Positions 41,322 through 51,409 of a stretch of DNA of 64,000 nt are shown here, piece after piece; within the stretch, counting starts at the first letter, position 1, and each line of letters starts with the position of its first letter. The notes under the pieces were generated by a model. The model was not told the origin of the DNA. It saw only the letters and a list, made by a program, of their open reading frames with translations, and did not search any database. Location of the stretch: contig JASGJN010000020.1 of assembly GCA_049840735.1 (NCBI GenBank), positions 800,001 to 864,000 on the forward strand, given 5' to 3'. Source of the stretch: Anaeromyxobacter sp. GTDB lineage: Bacteria; Myxococcota; Myxococcia; Myxococcales; Anaeromyxobacteraceae. The translations under genes and the position numbers were made by a program.

Positions 41322-43757
41322 GTGGATCCCCACGACAAGCGAGGAGCCGAGCGCGCGCCCGCCGCGATGCTGGTCCGCGTGGCGTATGGGTCCATCGACG
41401 AGTTCGCCGAGAAGTTCGCGGTGAACGTGTCGCGCGGCGGCGTGTTCCTCCGCACCCGCGAGCCCAGGCCGGTGGGCACGGCGCTGTCGCTGGAGCTGCG
41501 GCTCCAGGACGGCTCCGCCGCGCTCCGGGCCCGGGGGGTGGTGCGCTGGGTCCAGACCGAGGACCTGCACGCCCACCCGCCCCGCGCGCCCGGTATCGGC
41601 GTCCAGTTCACCTGGCTGGACGAGCCCTCGCGCGAGCTGCTGGAGCGCATGGTGGCGCTCCGCGAGCGCGCCACGGCGGGGGCGCCCGGCCCCACCCTCA
41701 CCCCGCCGCCCATCGCCGCGGGCGCGCCGGCCGCGCCGCCGGTGCTCACGCCGCCGCCCGCGCCGGCCGTCACCGCGCCGCCGGTCCTGACGCCCGCCCC
41801 GGCCTTCACCCCGCCCCCGGCGCGGGTCCGGCCGGCCACCACGCCCGGGCCCATCCCGGTGCTGACGCCCTCGCCGACCCGCTCGCCGCCGCCCATCCCG
41901 GCGCCCGCGCCCGCCGAGGCGGCGCCGCCCGAGGCCGTCACCCCGCCGCAGCCCCCGCGCATCCCGGCCCAGGCCGACCTCTCCGCCCCGCACCGGATCG
42001 AGCAGCTCTCGGCCGGCCCGGCCCGGCTCGCGATCGGCCTGCCCGACGCGCCCGAGCCCATCACCAGGCTCTCGCGCACCATCATCGGCATCGACCTCGG
42101 CACCACCAACTCCTGCGCGGCGGTGGTGAAGGACGGCCGGCCCTACGTGATCCCCTCGCGCGAGGGCTACAACACCGTCCCGTCCATCGTGGCGCTCAAC
42201 GCGCGCAACCGGATCGTGGTCGGCCACCTCGCCAAGGCGCAGCTGCTCACCAACCCGCGCGCCACGGTCTGGGGCGCCAAGCGGCTGGTGGGCCGCCCCT
42301 TCGACTCGCAGGTGGTGCAGGAGATCAAGAGCAAGTTCGCCTACGAGATCGTGGCCGGCCCGGACGGCCTGGCCGCGGTGCAGCTGGGGCCGGAGACGCT
42401 CACGCTGGAGCAGGTCTCGGCGCTGGTGCTGCGCGAGGTGAAGGAGGTCGCGCAGAACCACCTCGGCGAGGAGGTGAACCGGGCGGTCATCACCGTGCCG
42501 GCCTACTACAACGAGCGGCAGCGCGCCGCGGTCCGGCTGGCGGGCGCGCTGGCGGGGCTGCAGGTGGAGCGGATCCTCAACGAGCCCACCGCCGCCGCCA
42601 TCGCCTACGCCCACGGGCGCCACCTCACCCAGCGCGTGATGGTCTACGACCTGGGCGGCGGCACCTTCGACGCCTCGGTGCTGGAGCTCTCGGACAACGT
42701 CTACGAGGTGGTCTCGACCGGCGGCGACACGTTCCTGGGCGGCGTGGACTTCGACGCCCGCATCGTGGACCGGCTCCTGGCCGACTGGGAGGCCCGGACC
42801 GGCGCGCCGTTCGAGGGGGACCGCGTGGCGCTGTCGCGCCTGGTGGACGCGGCCGAGCGGGCCAAGTGCGGCCTCTCCGAGCGGACCGAGTTCCCCATCC
42901 AGCTGCCGTTCCTGGCCATGCGCGACGGCCAGCCGGTGGGGCTGGAGACGGCGCTGGGGCGCGACGCCGTGGTCGGGCTGGTGGAGCCGCTGGTGGACCG
43001 GACGCTGGAGGTCTGCCAGGAGGTGCTGGCGGCCAAGGACCTCACGCCCGCCGACGTGGAGGAGATCCTGCTGGTGGGCGGCCAGTCGCGCATGCCGCTG
43101 GTCCACGAGAAGGTGGCCGCCTTCTTCGGCCGGGCGCCCTCGCGCGCCGTCCACCCCGACGAGGCGGTGGCGGTGGGCGCGGCGCTGCTGGCCCACTCCC
43201 TGGGCAGCGCCGAGGGGATGGTGCTGATCGACGTGCTGCCCATGTCGATCAACATCGGCCTGCCCGGCGGCCGCGTGAAGACCATCATCGAGCGGAACAC
43301 GCCGCTGCCGGCGCGCAAGCAGTACGGGCTGGCCACCACCCGCGACGGCCAGACCGAGTTCGAGCTGGTGGTGCTGCAAGGCGAGGGGCCGGCGGCCACC
43401 GACTGCGAGTACCTGGGGACGCTGCGCCTGACCGGGCTGCCGGCCGGACCGCGCGGCATGGTGAAGATCGCCGTCACCTTCGAGCTGGGCGCCGAGTGCC
43501 TGCTCACCGTGACCGCCCGCGAGCTCAACACCGGGCGGCAGGTGCAGGCGGTCATGTCCACGGTGGACGGGCCGGAGGCCGCGCGCCGGAAGCTGGACGA
43601 CGGCCTGATGCGCGGGGCCACCGGGGCCATCCCGCTGCAGACCACGCCGCCGGGCGGCTTCCCGCGCCCGCCGGCAGCGCCTGAGGTGCCGCCCATGCGC
43701 AAGGTCGGCCTGGGCGGGCTGATCCGGCGGCTGCTGGGCCGGGGCGAGGCGCGCTGA
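41322..43757 (+). CDS. PilZ (TIGR02266-type) - Pro-rich linker - Hsp70 fusion protein
   Basis: NVSRGGVFL...GIGVQF Pil[41 protein letters not shown]; no helical lid. Confidence 0.9.
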   Translation: MDPHDKRGAERAPAAMLVRVAYGSIDEFAEKFAVNVSRGGVFLRTREPRPVGTALSLELRLQDGSAALRARGVVRWVQTEDLHAHPPRAPGIGVQFTWLDEPSRELLERMVALRERATAGAPGPTLTPPPIAAGAPAAPPVLTPPPAPAVTAPPVLTPAPAFTPPPARVRPATTPGPIPVLTPSPTRSPPPIPAPAPAEAAPPEAVTPPQPPRIPAQADLSAPHRIEQLSAGPARLAIGLPDAPEPITRLSRTIIGIDLGTTNSCAAVVKDGRPYVIPSREGYNTVPSIVALNARNRIVVGHLAKAQLLTNPRATVWGAKRLVGRPFDSQVVQEIKSKFAYEIVAGPDGLAAVQLGPETLTLEQVSALVLREVKEVAQNHLGEEVNRAVITVPAYYNERQRAAVRLAGALAGLQVERILNEPTAAAIAYAHGRHLTQRVMVYDLGGGTFDASVLELSDNVYEVVSTGGDTFLGGVDFDARIVDRLLADWEARTGAPFEGDRVALSRLVDAAERAKCGLSERTEFPIQLPFLAMRDGQPVGLETALGRDAVVGLVEPLVDRTLEVCQEVLAAKDLTPADVEEILLVGGQSRMPLVHEKVAAFFGRAPSRAVHPDEAVAVGAALLAHSLGSAEGMVLIDVLPMSINIGLPGGRVKTIIERNTPLPARKQYGLATTRDGQTEFELVVLQGEGPAATDCEYLGTLRLTGLPAGPRGMVKIAVTFELGAECLLTVTARELNTGRQVQAVMSTVDGPEAARRKLDDGLMRGATGAIPLQTTPPGGFPRPPAAPEVPPMRKVGLGGLIRRLLGRGEAR

Positions 43758-43763
43758 GGAAGG

Positions 43764-44492
43764 TCAGGTCCGGTCGGCCGGATCGCCGCGCGGGGCCTGG
43801 TCGGCCGGGGCCGCGTCGTCCGGGGCCGGCTCGCCCGCCGGCGAGGCGCGCCGCTGCTGCAGCCAGCGCAGCGTGAGCCCCAGCACCACCACCACCGCGG
43901 CGGCCAGGATCCACCAGCTGAAGCGGTGCGCCCAGTGCGCCGCCTCCTGGATGTTGGAGCCGAACCAGTAGCCCAGGCACACCCAGAGCGGCGCCGAGAC
44001 CAGCGCGGCCACGCCGTCGAAGAGCAGGAACTCCCAGTACGGCAGGCGGGAGTGGCCGGCGGTGAAGTAGGTCGGGGCGCGCAGCCCGGGCAGGAAGCGG
44101 GCCACCACCACCACCAGGTTGCCCCGCCGGCGCATCAGCTTCTCGACGTGCTCCAGCTTGGCGGGCGTGATCACGCGGCGCAGCGGGCGGAAGTCGGCCA
44201 CGTGCGCGCCGAAGCGCCGCCCCAGGAGGTAGATGGCCGAGTCGCCGACCAGGATGCCGGCCAGCCCGACCACGATCATGCCCAGCAGCCCGCGGTCGCG
44301 GAGCATGAGGTGGACGGTGGCCGCGTCGGCGTCGTTGGTGCGGGCCAGCCACGCCAGCACGCCGCCGGTGACCAGCACCACGTCCTCGGGCATGGGCAGC
44401 CCGAAGCCGCAGAGCACCAGCACCACGAAGACGAAGGCGAACCCGAGGTGGAGCGAGTGCCCCCCCAGCAGGTTGACCAGCCAGTCCAGCAT
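43764..44492 (-). CDS. DedA-family membrane protein
   Basis: GLPMPEDVVLVTGG, GDSAIYLLGR, ARFLPGLR. Confidence 0.9.
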   Translation of the reverse strand: MLDWLVNLLGGHSLHLGFAFVFVVLVLCGFGLPMPEDVVLVTGGVLAWLARTNDADAATVHLMLRDRGLLGMIVVGLAGILVGDSAIYLLGRRFGAHVADFRPLRRVITPAKLEHVEKLMRRRGNLVVVVARFLPGLRAPTYFTAGHSRLPYWEFLLFDGVAALVSAPLWVCLGYWFGSNIQEAAHWAHRFSWWILAAAVVVVLGLTLRWLQQRRASPAGEPAPDDAAPADQAPRGDPADRT

Positions 44493-44627
44493 CCGCTCCC
44501 CTGCTCCTTCCGCGCAGCCCAGGGCTCCCCTGGGTGGCCGCGACCCGTCACGGGCGCGCGCCGAGCCCGCTTCGTACCGGAGTCCGGCCGCGCCGTCCAC
44601 CGGCGCGAGACCGTCCCGGCGACGACC

Positions 44628-45089
44628 TCACCCGCCTTGCGGCTTGAGCGCGGCCCGCTGGACGAGTTCGCGCGCCTCGCCCATGCGCGCGGCCAGGTCG
44701 GCCGCGATGGCCAGGGCCAGCTTCAGGCAGGCCTGGGGCTTGGTCGCCTGCAGCGCCAGGAAGTCGCGGTGGGCCAGCTCCACCACCTCGGTCTGGGAGG
44801 CGGCCACCGCCGAGACCAGCCGGACGCTGCGGGCCAGGATGCCCAGCTCGCCCAGGTGCTCCCCCGGGCCGAGCACGGTCAGCTCCCGCTCGCCGCCGTC
44901 GGACTTCTGGACCACGCGGACCGACCCGGCCTTCACGATGAAGAGCGACTCCCCCACCATGCTCTCCACGAAGAGCGGGCTGCCGGCAGGGAAGGCCTTC
45001 TCCTGCGCGATGCGCGCGAAGAGCTGGATCCCCACGTCGGAGAAGTCCTTGAAGAGCGTCGAGCTGCGCAGGGCCTCGGCCACCGTCAT
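44628..45089 (-). CDS. Cyclic-nucleotide-binding domain protein
   Basis: LFIVKAGSVRV, LGPGEHLGELG; ATGA overlap with the upstream gene. Confidence 0.85.
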   Translation of the reverse strand: MTVAEALRSSTLFKDFSDVGIQLFARIAQEKAFPAGSPLFVESMVGESLFIVKAGSVRVVQKSDGGERELTVLGPGEHLGELGILARSVRLVSAVAASQTEVVELAHRDFLALQATKPQACLKLALAIAADLAARMGEARELVQRAALKPQGG

Positions 45090-45616
45090 CGCGCTGACCA
45101 CCCTTCCCTCACGTACTGCGCCGCGTAGGCCACGTAGTGGGCCGCGCTCACCGGCAGGTGCGCCAGCTCCTCCGGCGTGAGCGGGCGCTTCACCTTCGCC
45201 GGCTGCCCCAGCACCAGCGTGCCCGGGGGGACCACCATGCCCGGCGGGACCAGCGCCCCGGCGCCGACCATCGCGTCCGGGCCGATCACGGCCCCGTCCA
45301 GCACGATGGCCCCGATGCCGATCAGGCACCGGTCCTTGACCGTACAGCCGTGCAGCACGGCGCGGTGACCGACCGTGACGTCGTCGCCGAGGGTGGTGGG
45401 ATGGGTGTGCGAGGTCACGTGGACCACGCACTGGTCCTGGAGGTTGGTGCGGGCGCCGATGCGGACGGCGTTCACGTCACCGCGGACGACGGCCCCGAAC
45501 CAGAGCGAGCCGCCCTCCCCGATCTCCACGTCCCCGATCACCGCGCTGCCCTCCATCACGAAGACCGATGGGTGCAGGCGCGGCGACTTTCCGCCGAACG
45601 GCCGGATGATCGCCAT
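45086..45616 (-). CDS. Gamma carbonic anhydrase-family (hexapeptide repeat) protein
   Basis: VIGDVEIG, VRGDVN, TNLQD, VGHRAVLHGC. Confidence 0.93.
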   Translation of the reverse strand: MAIIRPFGGKSPRLHPSVFVMEGSAVIGDVEIGEGGSLWFGAVVRGDVNAVRIGARTNLQDQCVVHVTSHTHPTTLGDDVTVGHRAVLHGCTVKDRCLIGIGAIVLDGAVIGPDAMVGAGALVPPGMVVPPGTLVLGQPAKVKRPLTPEELAHLPVSAAHYVAYAAQYVREGWSAR

Positions 45617-45628
45617 CAACGGCGGATG

Positions 45629-47614
45629 CTAAGAGATGTCCCACGGTTCGCCAAGTGGCAAAGCGTGGGCCAGGTCGGTTCGCCATCGGGCCCGCTCGGG
45701 CGTGGTCTGGCTTTCGCCAGCCTCATCCCGGGTTGGGCCCGTGGCCGTGCCGACGATTCGCCGAGCCACCGGCTTGCTTGCCGGTGTGGACGTCCGCCAT
45801 GCGAAGGACGGCTCGCGGGCGAAGAGGTCGGTTGACTCGGACCGGGCGTCTTGCCGCCCGAGACAGCAAGGGCTTCGAAGAAGGCTCCCGATTTGTTCGC
45901 GGGCGCGCTTGGTCGCATCGTAGTCGACGCGCGCCGAGCCGGGCTCGCCGGGCCGATTGAGGACGAGGAAGGCGCCGAGGACCGCGGAGACGGCGTCCCT
46001 GTCCCCTTCCAGCCCGCATCGGGGGCAACGGTGGACCCGTTCGGCAAGCGACTTCTCCACCCGGGCGCCGCAGGGGCAGTGCTGGGACAGGGCTGTGGTC
46101 TGCGTGGGGATCCGGACCACGCCGCCAACGCCCCCGGCAAACGCAGCGACGGCCCGAGCCTCCCGGTCGATGGCAGCGACCAGCGTCCCCGGCGTGAACG
46201 CGGCCACACCGCGCCCCCATCTGCGCGCCCAGACGGAGATGGCCACGTCCTCGACGAAGAGGCGGTAGCCGTGAGTCCGCACAACCTCTGCCGCGGACTG
46301 CCGAGCCCGGCCGCGCCGTGCCTGGCCGCACGACGCTGCATCGGCAGCCTGCGCTGCGCGGAGAAGGCGGTAGCGCTTCGAGAGCGAGTCCCGCCGGTGG
46401 GCCTGGAGCGGGACGCCATCGAACCGCGCCAACCGTGGACCTCCAGGGATCACCTCGACCGGCGGGAGGCCGGCGGCAGCCCGCCGGCGGGCCCGCTTCT
46501 CCTGCCGCCTGGAGAGCTGGTACTCCGCCCGGTTTGCCGCCCGGCGCGACCGCTCCAGGGCACGCTGCCTGCGCCGTTCACGGCGCTTGCGACCCCGGTC
46601 CCGCACCTTGGCCTGGCCGTCCAGCTCCATCTTTGTGAGCCGCAGGCCCGCCCCAGCCATCTGGGAGACGACAGTCAAGTTGGACACGTTGACGTCAATC
46701 CCCGCCATGCGCTCCGCTTCGTCCTTGGCCGCCGCTTCCCGCCGCGCCTGCGTCGAAGGTGAGACGTACGGCTGGGCGAGGACCATCAGATGCGCCTCGT
46801 ACCGCCAGCCACCGGGCGCATACGGCGCGCGCGTACGCACGAGGTCGACCTTGTGCCAGCGGGCCGGGTCGACCAGGTGATGGTCCAGGATGGGCTGGTT
46901 GCACGGGGCGGTGGGGAGACGGACCGGCAGGACCAGGGCGCCTCCAGCCAGGCCGCTGAAGACCAGGGCCAGCGGCCCCTGGTAGGCCCACCAGTCGGTT
47001 CGCGGGGCAGCGGCCTCGGGGAGCTGGAGTCGCCTCGGCTGCACGAAGCTGCCGTCTGGCCTGGTGTACCTGGCCCGGTGGCCGGCGAGGGAGCCGTGGA
47101 GCCGGAAAGTCTCCCATTTCCGCTCCCGGGTGTGTGAGCGGGCCCGGCCAGGGAGCCGGGTGAAGTCGAACCAGCGCCCGACGTGGAGGAGCCCATGCCG
47201 CTTGCCGGTAGCGTCGGGGAACAGGTGGCGCTCCACCGACGTCCAGACCGAGTCGGCAAGGTGCATCGCCAGCGCCTTGGTGACGTTCCGCCGGAGGTGA
47301 GGCGCCGCGTCGAGGTGGGCGTAGGCTGTCTGCTCCAGCGCCTCACGCGTGAGTCCCAGTCTGGTGCGGGTCTCGGAGGCGCTTCGGGCCCGCGCATCCC
47401 CCGCCGCCCAGTAGGCCCGCACCCGGTCCCTTGCCGTCCGCTGCAGCGCTCGCCGGAGCTGGTAGGCCCCGGAGAAGATTCCCTCGAGCCGACGTCGCTG
47501 CACCGGGTCGTGGATGTCCAGCGCGAGCCGCAGCACAGAGAGCCCGTCCTCGGGCCGGCGGCTCCAGGGCCGCTGCCGGTTCGGACCACGGGTTGGCTTG
47601 GCAGACGCGCTCAC
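45629..47614 (-). CDS. tnpB: Large TnpB/Cas12-like RuvC nuclease (~660 aa; start uncertain, frame open to 47821)
   Basis: RuvC-I AGIDVNVSN, RuvC-II LFVED, SQHCPCG...HRCPRCG Zn finger, RuvC-III DRDAVSA. Confidence 0.85.
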   Translation of the reverse strand: MSASAKPTRGPNRQRPWSRRPEDGLSVLRLALDIHDPVQRRRLEGIFSGAYQLRRALQRTARDRVRAYWAAGDARARSASETRTRLGLTREALEQTAYAHLDAAPHLRRNVTKALAMHLADSVWTSVERHLFPDATGKRHGLLHVGRWFDFTRLPGRARSHTRERKWETFRLHGSLAGHRARYTRPDGSFVQPRRLQLPEAAAPRTDWWAYQGPLALVFSGLAGGALVLPVRLPTAPCNQPILDHHLVDPARWHKVDLVRTRAPYAPGGWRYEAHLMVLAQPYVSPSTQARREAAAKDEAERMAGIDVNVSNLTVVSQMAGAGLRLTKMELDGQAKVRDRGRKRRERRRQRALERSRRAANRAEYQLSRRQEKRARRRAAAGLPPVEVIPGGPRLARFDGVPLQAHRRDSLSKRYRLLRAAQAADAASCGQARRGRARQSAAEVVRTHGYRLFVEDVAISVWARRWGRGVAAFTPGTLVAAIDREARAVAAFAGGVGGVVRIPTQTTALSQHCPCGARVEKSLAERVHRCPRCGLEGDRDAVSAVLGAFLVLNRPGEPGSARVDYDATKRAREQIGSLLRSPCCLGRQDARSESTDLFAREPSFAWRTSTPASKPVARRIVGTATGPTRDEAGESQTTPERARWRTDLAHALPLGEPWDIS

Positions 47615-47876
47615 CCGCTCATCGTGAATCCGGACCCTGACATTCCGTTCAGCACGACGGAGCAGGTCGTCCGCGGATCGACGGCGACCAAACCGGATCG
47701 TTCGCGACGCCGGCCTGGCGCCGTCACCGCAAAGCGCGCCCGCGTCGAGCACGTCCTCGCTCGCCTCAACGACTGGAGCGTCCTCGGGACCACCGCCGAC
47801 GGGGGTGCCACCCGAATGCACCGTCGCCGCCCGGCCTTCCTCTACGACCTCAAGCTCGAAGTTCGGGACGCCTCTT
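45631..47876 (-). mobile_element. 2,246-bp non-autonomous TnpB-bearing insertion with imperfect terminal inverted repeats
   Basis: Ends AAGAGATGTCCCACGGTTCG / AAGAGGCGTCCCGAACTTCG (14/20); removal restores vanZ ...ARASIRR-TGATG overlapping the gamma-CA start. Confidence 0.8.
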
Positions 47877-48260
47877 GGCCCGCGCCCCGGCGCGCCGCAA
47901 GGCGATGGTCACCGCGACCGCGCCGGCCAGCGCCCCGGCGGTATCGGCGGCCCAGTCGGTCGGGTCGCTGGAGCGGCCCGGCACGTAGGCCTGGTGCCAC
48001 TCGTCGGTCACGCCGTAGAGGCTGCCCACCGCGGCGGCCAGCAGCAGCACGCGCGCAGATCGGACCCCCGCCGCGTGCAGGGCGCCGGCCAGCAGCGCGC
48101 CCAGCACCGCGTAGCCCGCGCCGTGCGAGAGCTTGTCGTGCAGGAGGAAGGCCTCGGGGAACGGCGGCCGGGCGAGCGACGAGAGCCAGGCGATGAGCCC
48201 GGCCCACGCCACCGCGGCGAGCCCCAGCGCCAGGGCGGTGCGCCTCGCTGCGCCGCTCAC
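47850..48260 (-). CDS. VanZ-family membrane protein (C-terminus supplied by the insertion)
   Basis: HDKLSHGAGYAVLG, YGVTDEWHQAYVPGRSSDPTDWAAD; GTGA overlap with miaB. Confidence 0.88.
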   Translation of the reverse strand: MSGAARRTALALGLAAVAWAGLIAWLSSLARPPFPEAFLLHDKLSHGAGYAVLGALLAGALHAAGVRSARVLLLAAAVGSLYGVTDEWHQAYVPGRSSDPTDWAADTAGALAGAVAVTIALRRAGARAKRRPELRA

Positions 48261-49648
48261 GCCAGCACGCCAGAGAGCGAGCTGCCCCCGGAGCGGGTGA
48301 TGCGCGCGCGCACCAGCGCGCCGGCCGGGGCCTCCGCCTCGCTCGCCGCCAGGTGGACCATCCGGTTCTCCGGGGTCCGTCCCAGCCGCTCGCCGGGCTC
48401 CTCCGACGGGCCCTCCACCAGCACCTCCACCTCGGCCCCGAGCTGGCTGGCCAGGATCCCGACGGCGATGTGGCGCTGGGCGGCCAGCATCCGCTCCAGC
48501 CGCGCCACCGCCAGCTCGCGCGGCACCTCCTGCCACTCCGGCCCGGAGCCGAGCCGCAGGCTGGCCACCGTGTGCGGCCGCGGGCTGAAGACGAAGGCGA
48601 AGATCTGCTCGTAGCGCGCCCGCTCCAGCAGGGCCATGGAGCGCTCGAAGTCCTGGTCCGTCTCGCCCGGGAAGCCCACGATGAAGTCGGTGGTGACGGC
48701 GATGCCGGGGCGCGCCGCGCGCAGCCGGTCGAAGCGCTCCAGGTACGCCTCCACCCCGTAGTCGCGCCGCATCCGCGCCAGCACCGGGTCCGAGCCGGAC
48801 TGCACCGGCAGGTGGAAGTGCGGCATCACCTTGGGCTCGTCGCGGAAGGCCTCGATGAGCGCGTCGGAGAGGTCGTGGGGGTGGCTGGTGGTGAAGCGGA
48901 TGCGGGCGATCCCCGGCACCGCCGCCACGCGCCGGAGCAGGTCGGCGAAGGTGCAGCGGCCGGCGTAGGAGTTGACGTTCTGGCCGATGAGCGTCACCTC
49001 GCGGACGCCCACCTCGGCCAGCGCGGCGCACTCGGCCACCACCTCCGGGAACGGCCGCGACACCTCGCGGCCGCGGGTGTGCGGCACGATGCAGAAGGCG
49101 CAGACGTTGTCGCAGCCCTTCATGGCGGTGACGAAGGCGGTGGCCCGCCCCCGGGCCGCCTCCGGGTCGGCGCGGGGGAAGACGTACTCCTCCGAGTCCA
49201 TCCACCCGGTCTCGGCGAACCGCTCGCTGGCCCGCGCGCGGGCCACCAGCTCCGGCAGCCTGCCGATGTTGTCCGGCCCGAAGACGAAGTCCACGTAGGG
49301 GACCCGCTGCAGCAGCCGGTCCTTCTCCTGCTGCGCCACGCAGCCGGAGACGGCGATCAGCGCCCCGCGGCGCGCCTTCACCTCGCGGTAGCGCCCCAGC
49401 GCCGATAGCAGCTTCTGCTCCGCCTTCTCGCGCACCGCGCAGGTGTTGAGCAGGATGAGGTCGGCCTCGTCCGGCGTGGCGGCGCGGCCGAAGGCGTGGC
49501 GGCCCAGCAGCTCGACCATGCGGTCGGAGTCCGACTCGTTCATCTGGCAGCCGAAGGTGTGGACGTACACCTTCTGCGCCGGCGGCGCGGACGGCGCCGG
49601 GGCGGGCTCGCCGGCGGGCTTCCTGGTGAGCGGGACGAGATCGGACAC
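48257..49648 (-). CDS. miaB: tRNA methylthiotransferase MiaB
   Basis: TFGCQMN, NTCAVRE, GCDNVCAFCIVP radical SAM motif, HLPVQSG, TRAM domain. Confidence 0.96.
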   Translation of the reverse strand: MSDLVPLTRKPAGEPAPAPSAPPAQKVYVHTFGCQMNESDSDRMVELLGRHAFGRAATPDEADLILLNTCAVREKAEQKLLSALGRYREVKARRGALIAVSGCVAQQEKDRLLQRVPYVDFVFGPDNIGRLPELVARARASERFAETGWMDSEEYVFPRADPEAARGRATAFVTAMKGCDNVCAFCIVPHTRGREVSRPFPEVVAECAALAEVGVREVTLIGQNVNSYAGRCTFADLLRRVAAVPGIARIRFTTSHPHDLSDALIEAFRDEPKVMPHFHLPVQSGSDPVLARMRRDYGVEAYLERFDRLRAARPGIAVTTDFIVGFPGETDQDFERSMALLERARYEQIFAFVFSPRPHTVASLRLGSGPEWQEVPRELAVARLERMLAAQRHIAVGILASQLGAEVEVLVEGPSEEPGERLGRTPENRMVHLAASEAEAPAGALVRARITRSGGSSLSGVLA

Positions 49649-49690
49649 GGGGCGGTAGGTATTGAATCCGGCGGCCGCAGTCAACTGAAC

Positions 49691-49835
49691 GGGGGCCTGC
49701 GGCCCCCGCCCCGCCGGCAGAGCCGTCGGGGCCCCACCCCTGCTGCGGCGGAGCCTGGCGCGCTGCGGCCTGTCGGCCTTTGCGCGCTATCCGCCGGAGA
49801 GGGGCTGCGCCCCTCCCCCAGCTGCGCTGGGGCCC
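49691..49835. repeat. REP-like cluster of short hairpins with CTGCG loops
   Basis: gggggc-ctgcg-gccccc, gagggg-ctgcg-cccctc, ccccag-ctgcg-ctgggg in one intergenic region. Confidence 0.55.
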
Positions 49836-49885
49836 CCACCCCGCGGACCGCGACAGGCCTGCGCCCCATCGACCGCTCGTCCCCT

Positions 49886-51280
49886 TCAGCGCGGCACGAG
49901 CGCGTCGGCGATCCCCTCCAGCTCGGCCAGGGTGGTCACCGGCGCCACCCGATCGCAGCGGCGCGCGTAGAGCGGCATGTCGCTGTCCCCCGAGCCCCAG
50001 GCCTGGCGCGGCTCGGGGCAGATCCAGAGCACCCGCCGGGCGCGCCGCCGCAGCTCCTCCAGGACCCACGCCTCCGGCGGGTTGTAGTTGTTGCGGCCGT
50101 CCCCCACCACCAGCACGGTGGTCCGGCGCGTGACGGCGCCCAGGAAGTCGCGGTGGAAGGTGCGCAGCACGCGGCCGTAGTTGGAGTTCGCGGCCAGGCT
50201 CACCGCCCGCGCCGCCACCGCCAGGTCCGCGGCGCGCGAGGGATCCCGCTCGGCCCGGAGCTGGGCGGTCACCTCGGCCAGGTCGGAGACGAAGACGAAG
50301 GTCCGCACCCGGGTGAAGAGCGTCTGGAGCGTGTAGAGGAAGAGCAGCATGAGCCGGGTGACGTGGCGCACCGACTCGGACACGTCGCACAGCACCACCA
50401 GCTCGGGCCGGTGCGGCCGGCGCAGCCGGAAGAGCAGCCGGGCCGGGAAGCCGCCCAGCCCCAGGTTCCGCCGCAGCGTGCGCCGCACCGCCAGCACCCC
50501 GCGGCGCCGCGAGCGGTCGCGCCGCACCAGCCGCGTGCGGAGCCGCTCCGCCAGCCGCCGCACCGCCGCCTCCACGCGCACCGCCTCCTCGCGCGAGACC
50601 GGCGCCAGCCCGGCGGCGGCGTCCTGGCGCTCGCGCACCGTCCGCGCCCGCCCCTCCAGCTCGGCCACGGTCCGGGCCGCCGCCTCCACCTTGCGCAGCG
50701 CCGCGTCCAGCCGCTCGGCCACCAGCTGCACCCGGTCCGGATTCGAGCCCGCGCTCGCGCAGGGCCGCCTCGAGCCGCGCCAGGTCGTCCTCCAGCGCGG
50801 CGCCGCCCGCGGCGGCCAGGACCCGCCGCGCCTGGAAGCCGGCCGCGCCGGCCGAGCCGCCGGAGAAGTCCACCTGCAGCGCCGCGCCGCGGAGCAGCCG
50901 CGCCAGCAGCGCCGGGTCGCCCTCCAGCGCGGCCCGGGCCAGCGGGCTCATCCCCGCGGTGAGCTGCTCCAGCGTGCGGGCGATCATCTCAGATCGTCCC
51001 CCTCCAGCAGCCCCTGCTCGCGCAGCTCGCGCAGCAGCCCGCGCTCCAGCCCCTCCAGCAGGCGGCCGGCCGGGGAGAAGAAGAGCTCGAAGAGCCCGTC
51101 GAAGACCTTCACGTCGGCGGCGCGCTTCACCAGCGTGGCGCGCAGCGCGCCGCGGAGGGCGGCCCGATCCTCGACCCCGGTCAGCGCGGCCGCGGCCACG
51201 GCGTCGGCCACCTCGGCCGGCGAGGCGCGGACCCCGTTGGACCGGAGCAGGCCGGCGAACTCGACGACGCGCGCGTCCAC
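49886..51280 (-). CDS. CoxE-like VWA-domain protein (two compensating indels at ~50990 and ~50742)
   Basis: FAGLLRSNGVRASPAE N-terminus; LVVLCDVSESV, VVGDGRNNYNPP, WGSGDSDM. Confidence 0.85.
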
Positions 51281-51409
51281 GCGTGGACTGTAGCGGGCAA
51301 CGGACCTCGGGCGTCAGGCCTCAGGTGGAGCGCTCGCTGGGTCCGGGGGCCCCAGGGCTGGTGCCTTCCCGGCTGCGCCCCGCCCCGGAACCGGGTACAC
51401 CAGTGGCCC

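Noticed and set aside
45000..48300. CRISPR array or cas genes near the TnpB/Cas12-like gene
   Set aside because: No regularly spaced repeats or cas1/2/4 seen here or elsewhere in the window
47850..50987. 1045-aa ORF as one protein
   Set aside because: Chimera of a frameshifted VWA-gene segment, off-frame miaB sequence and the real vanZ gene
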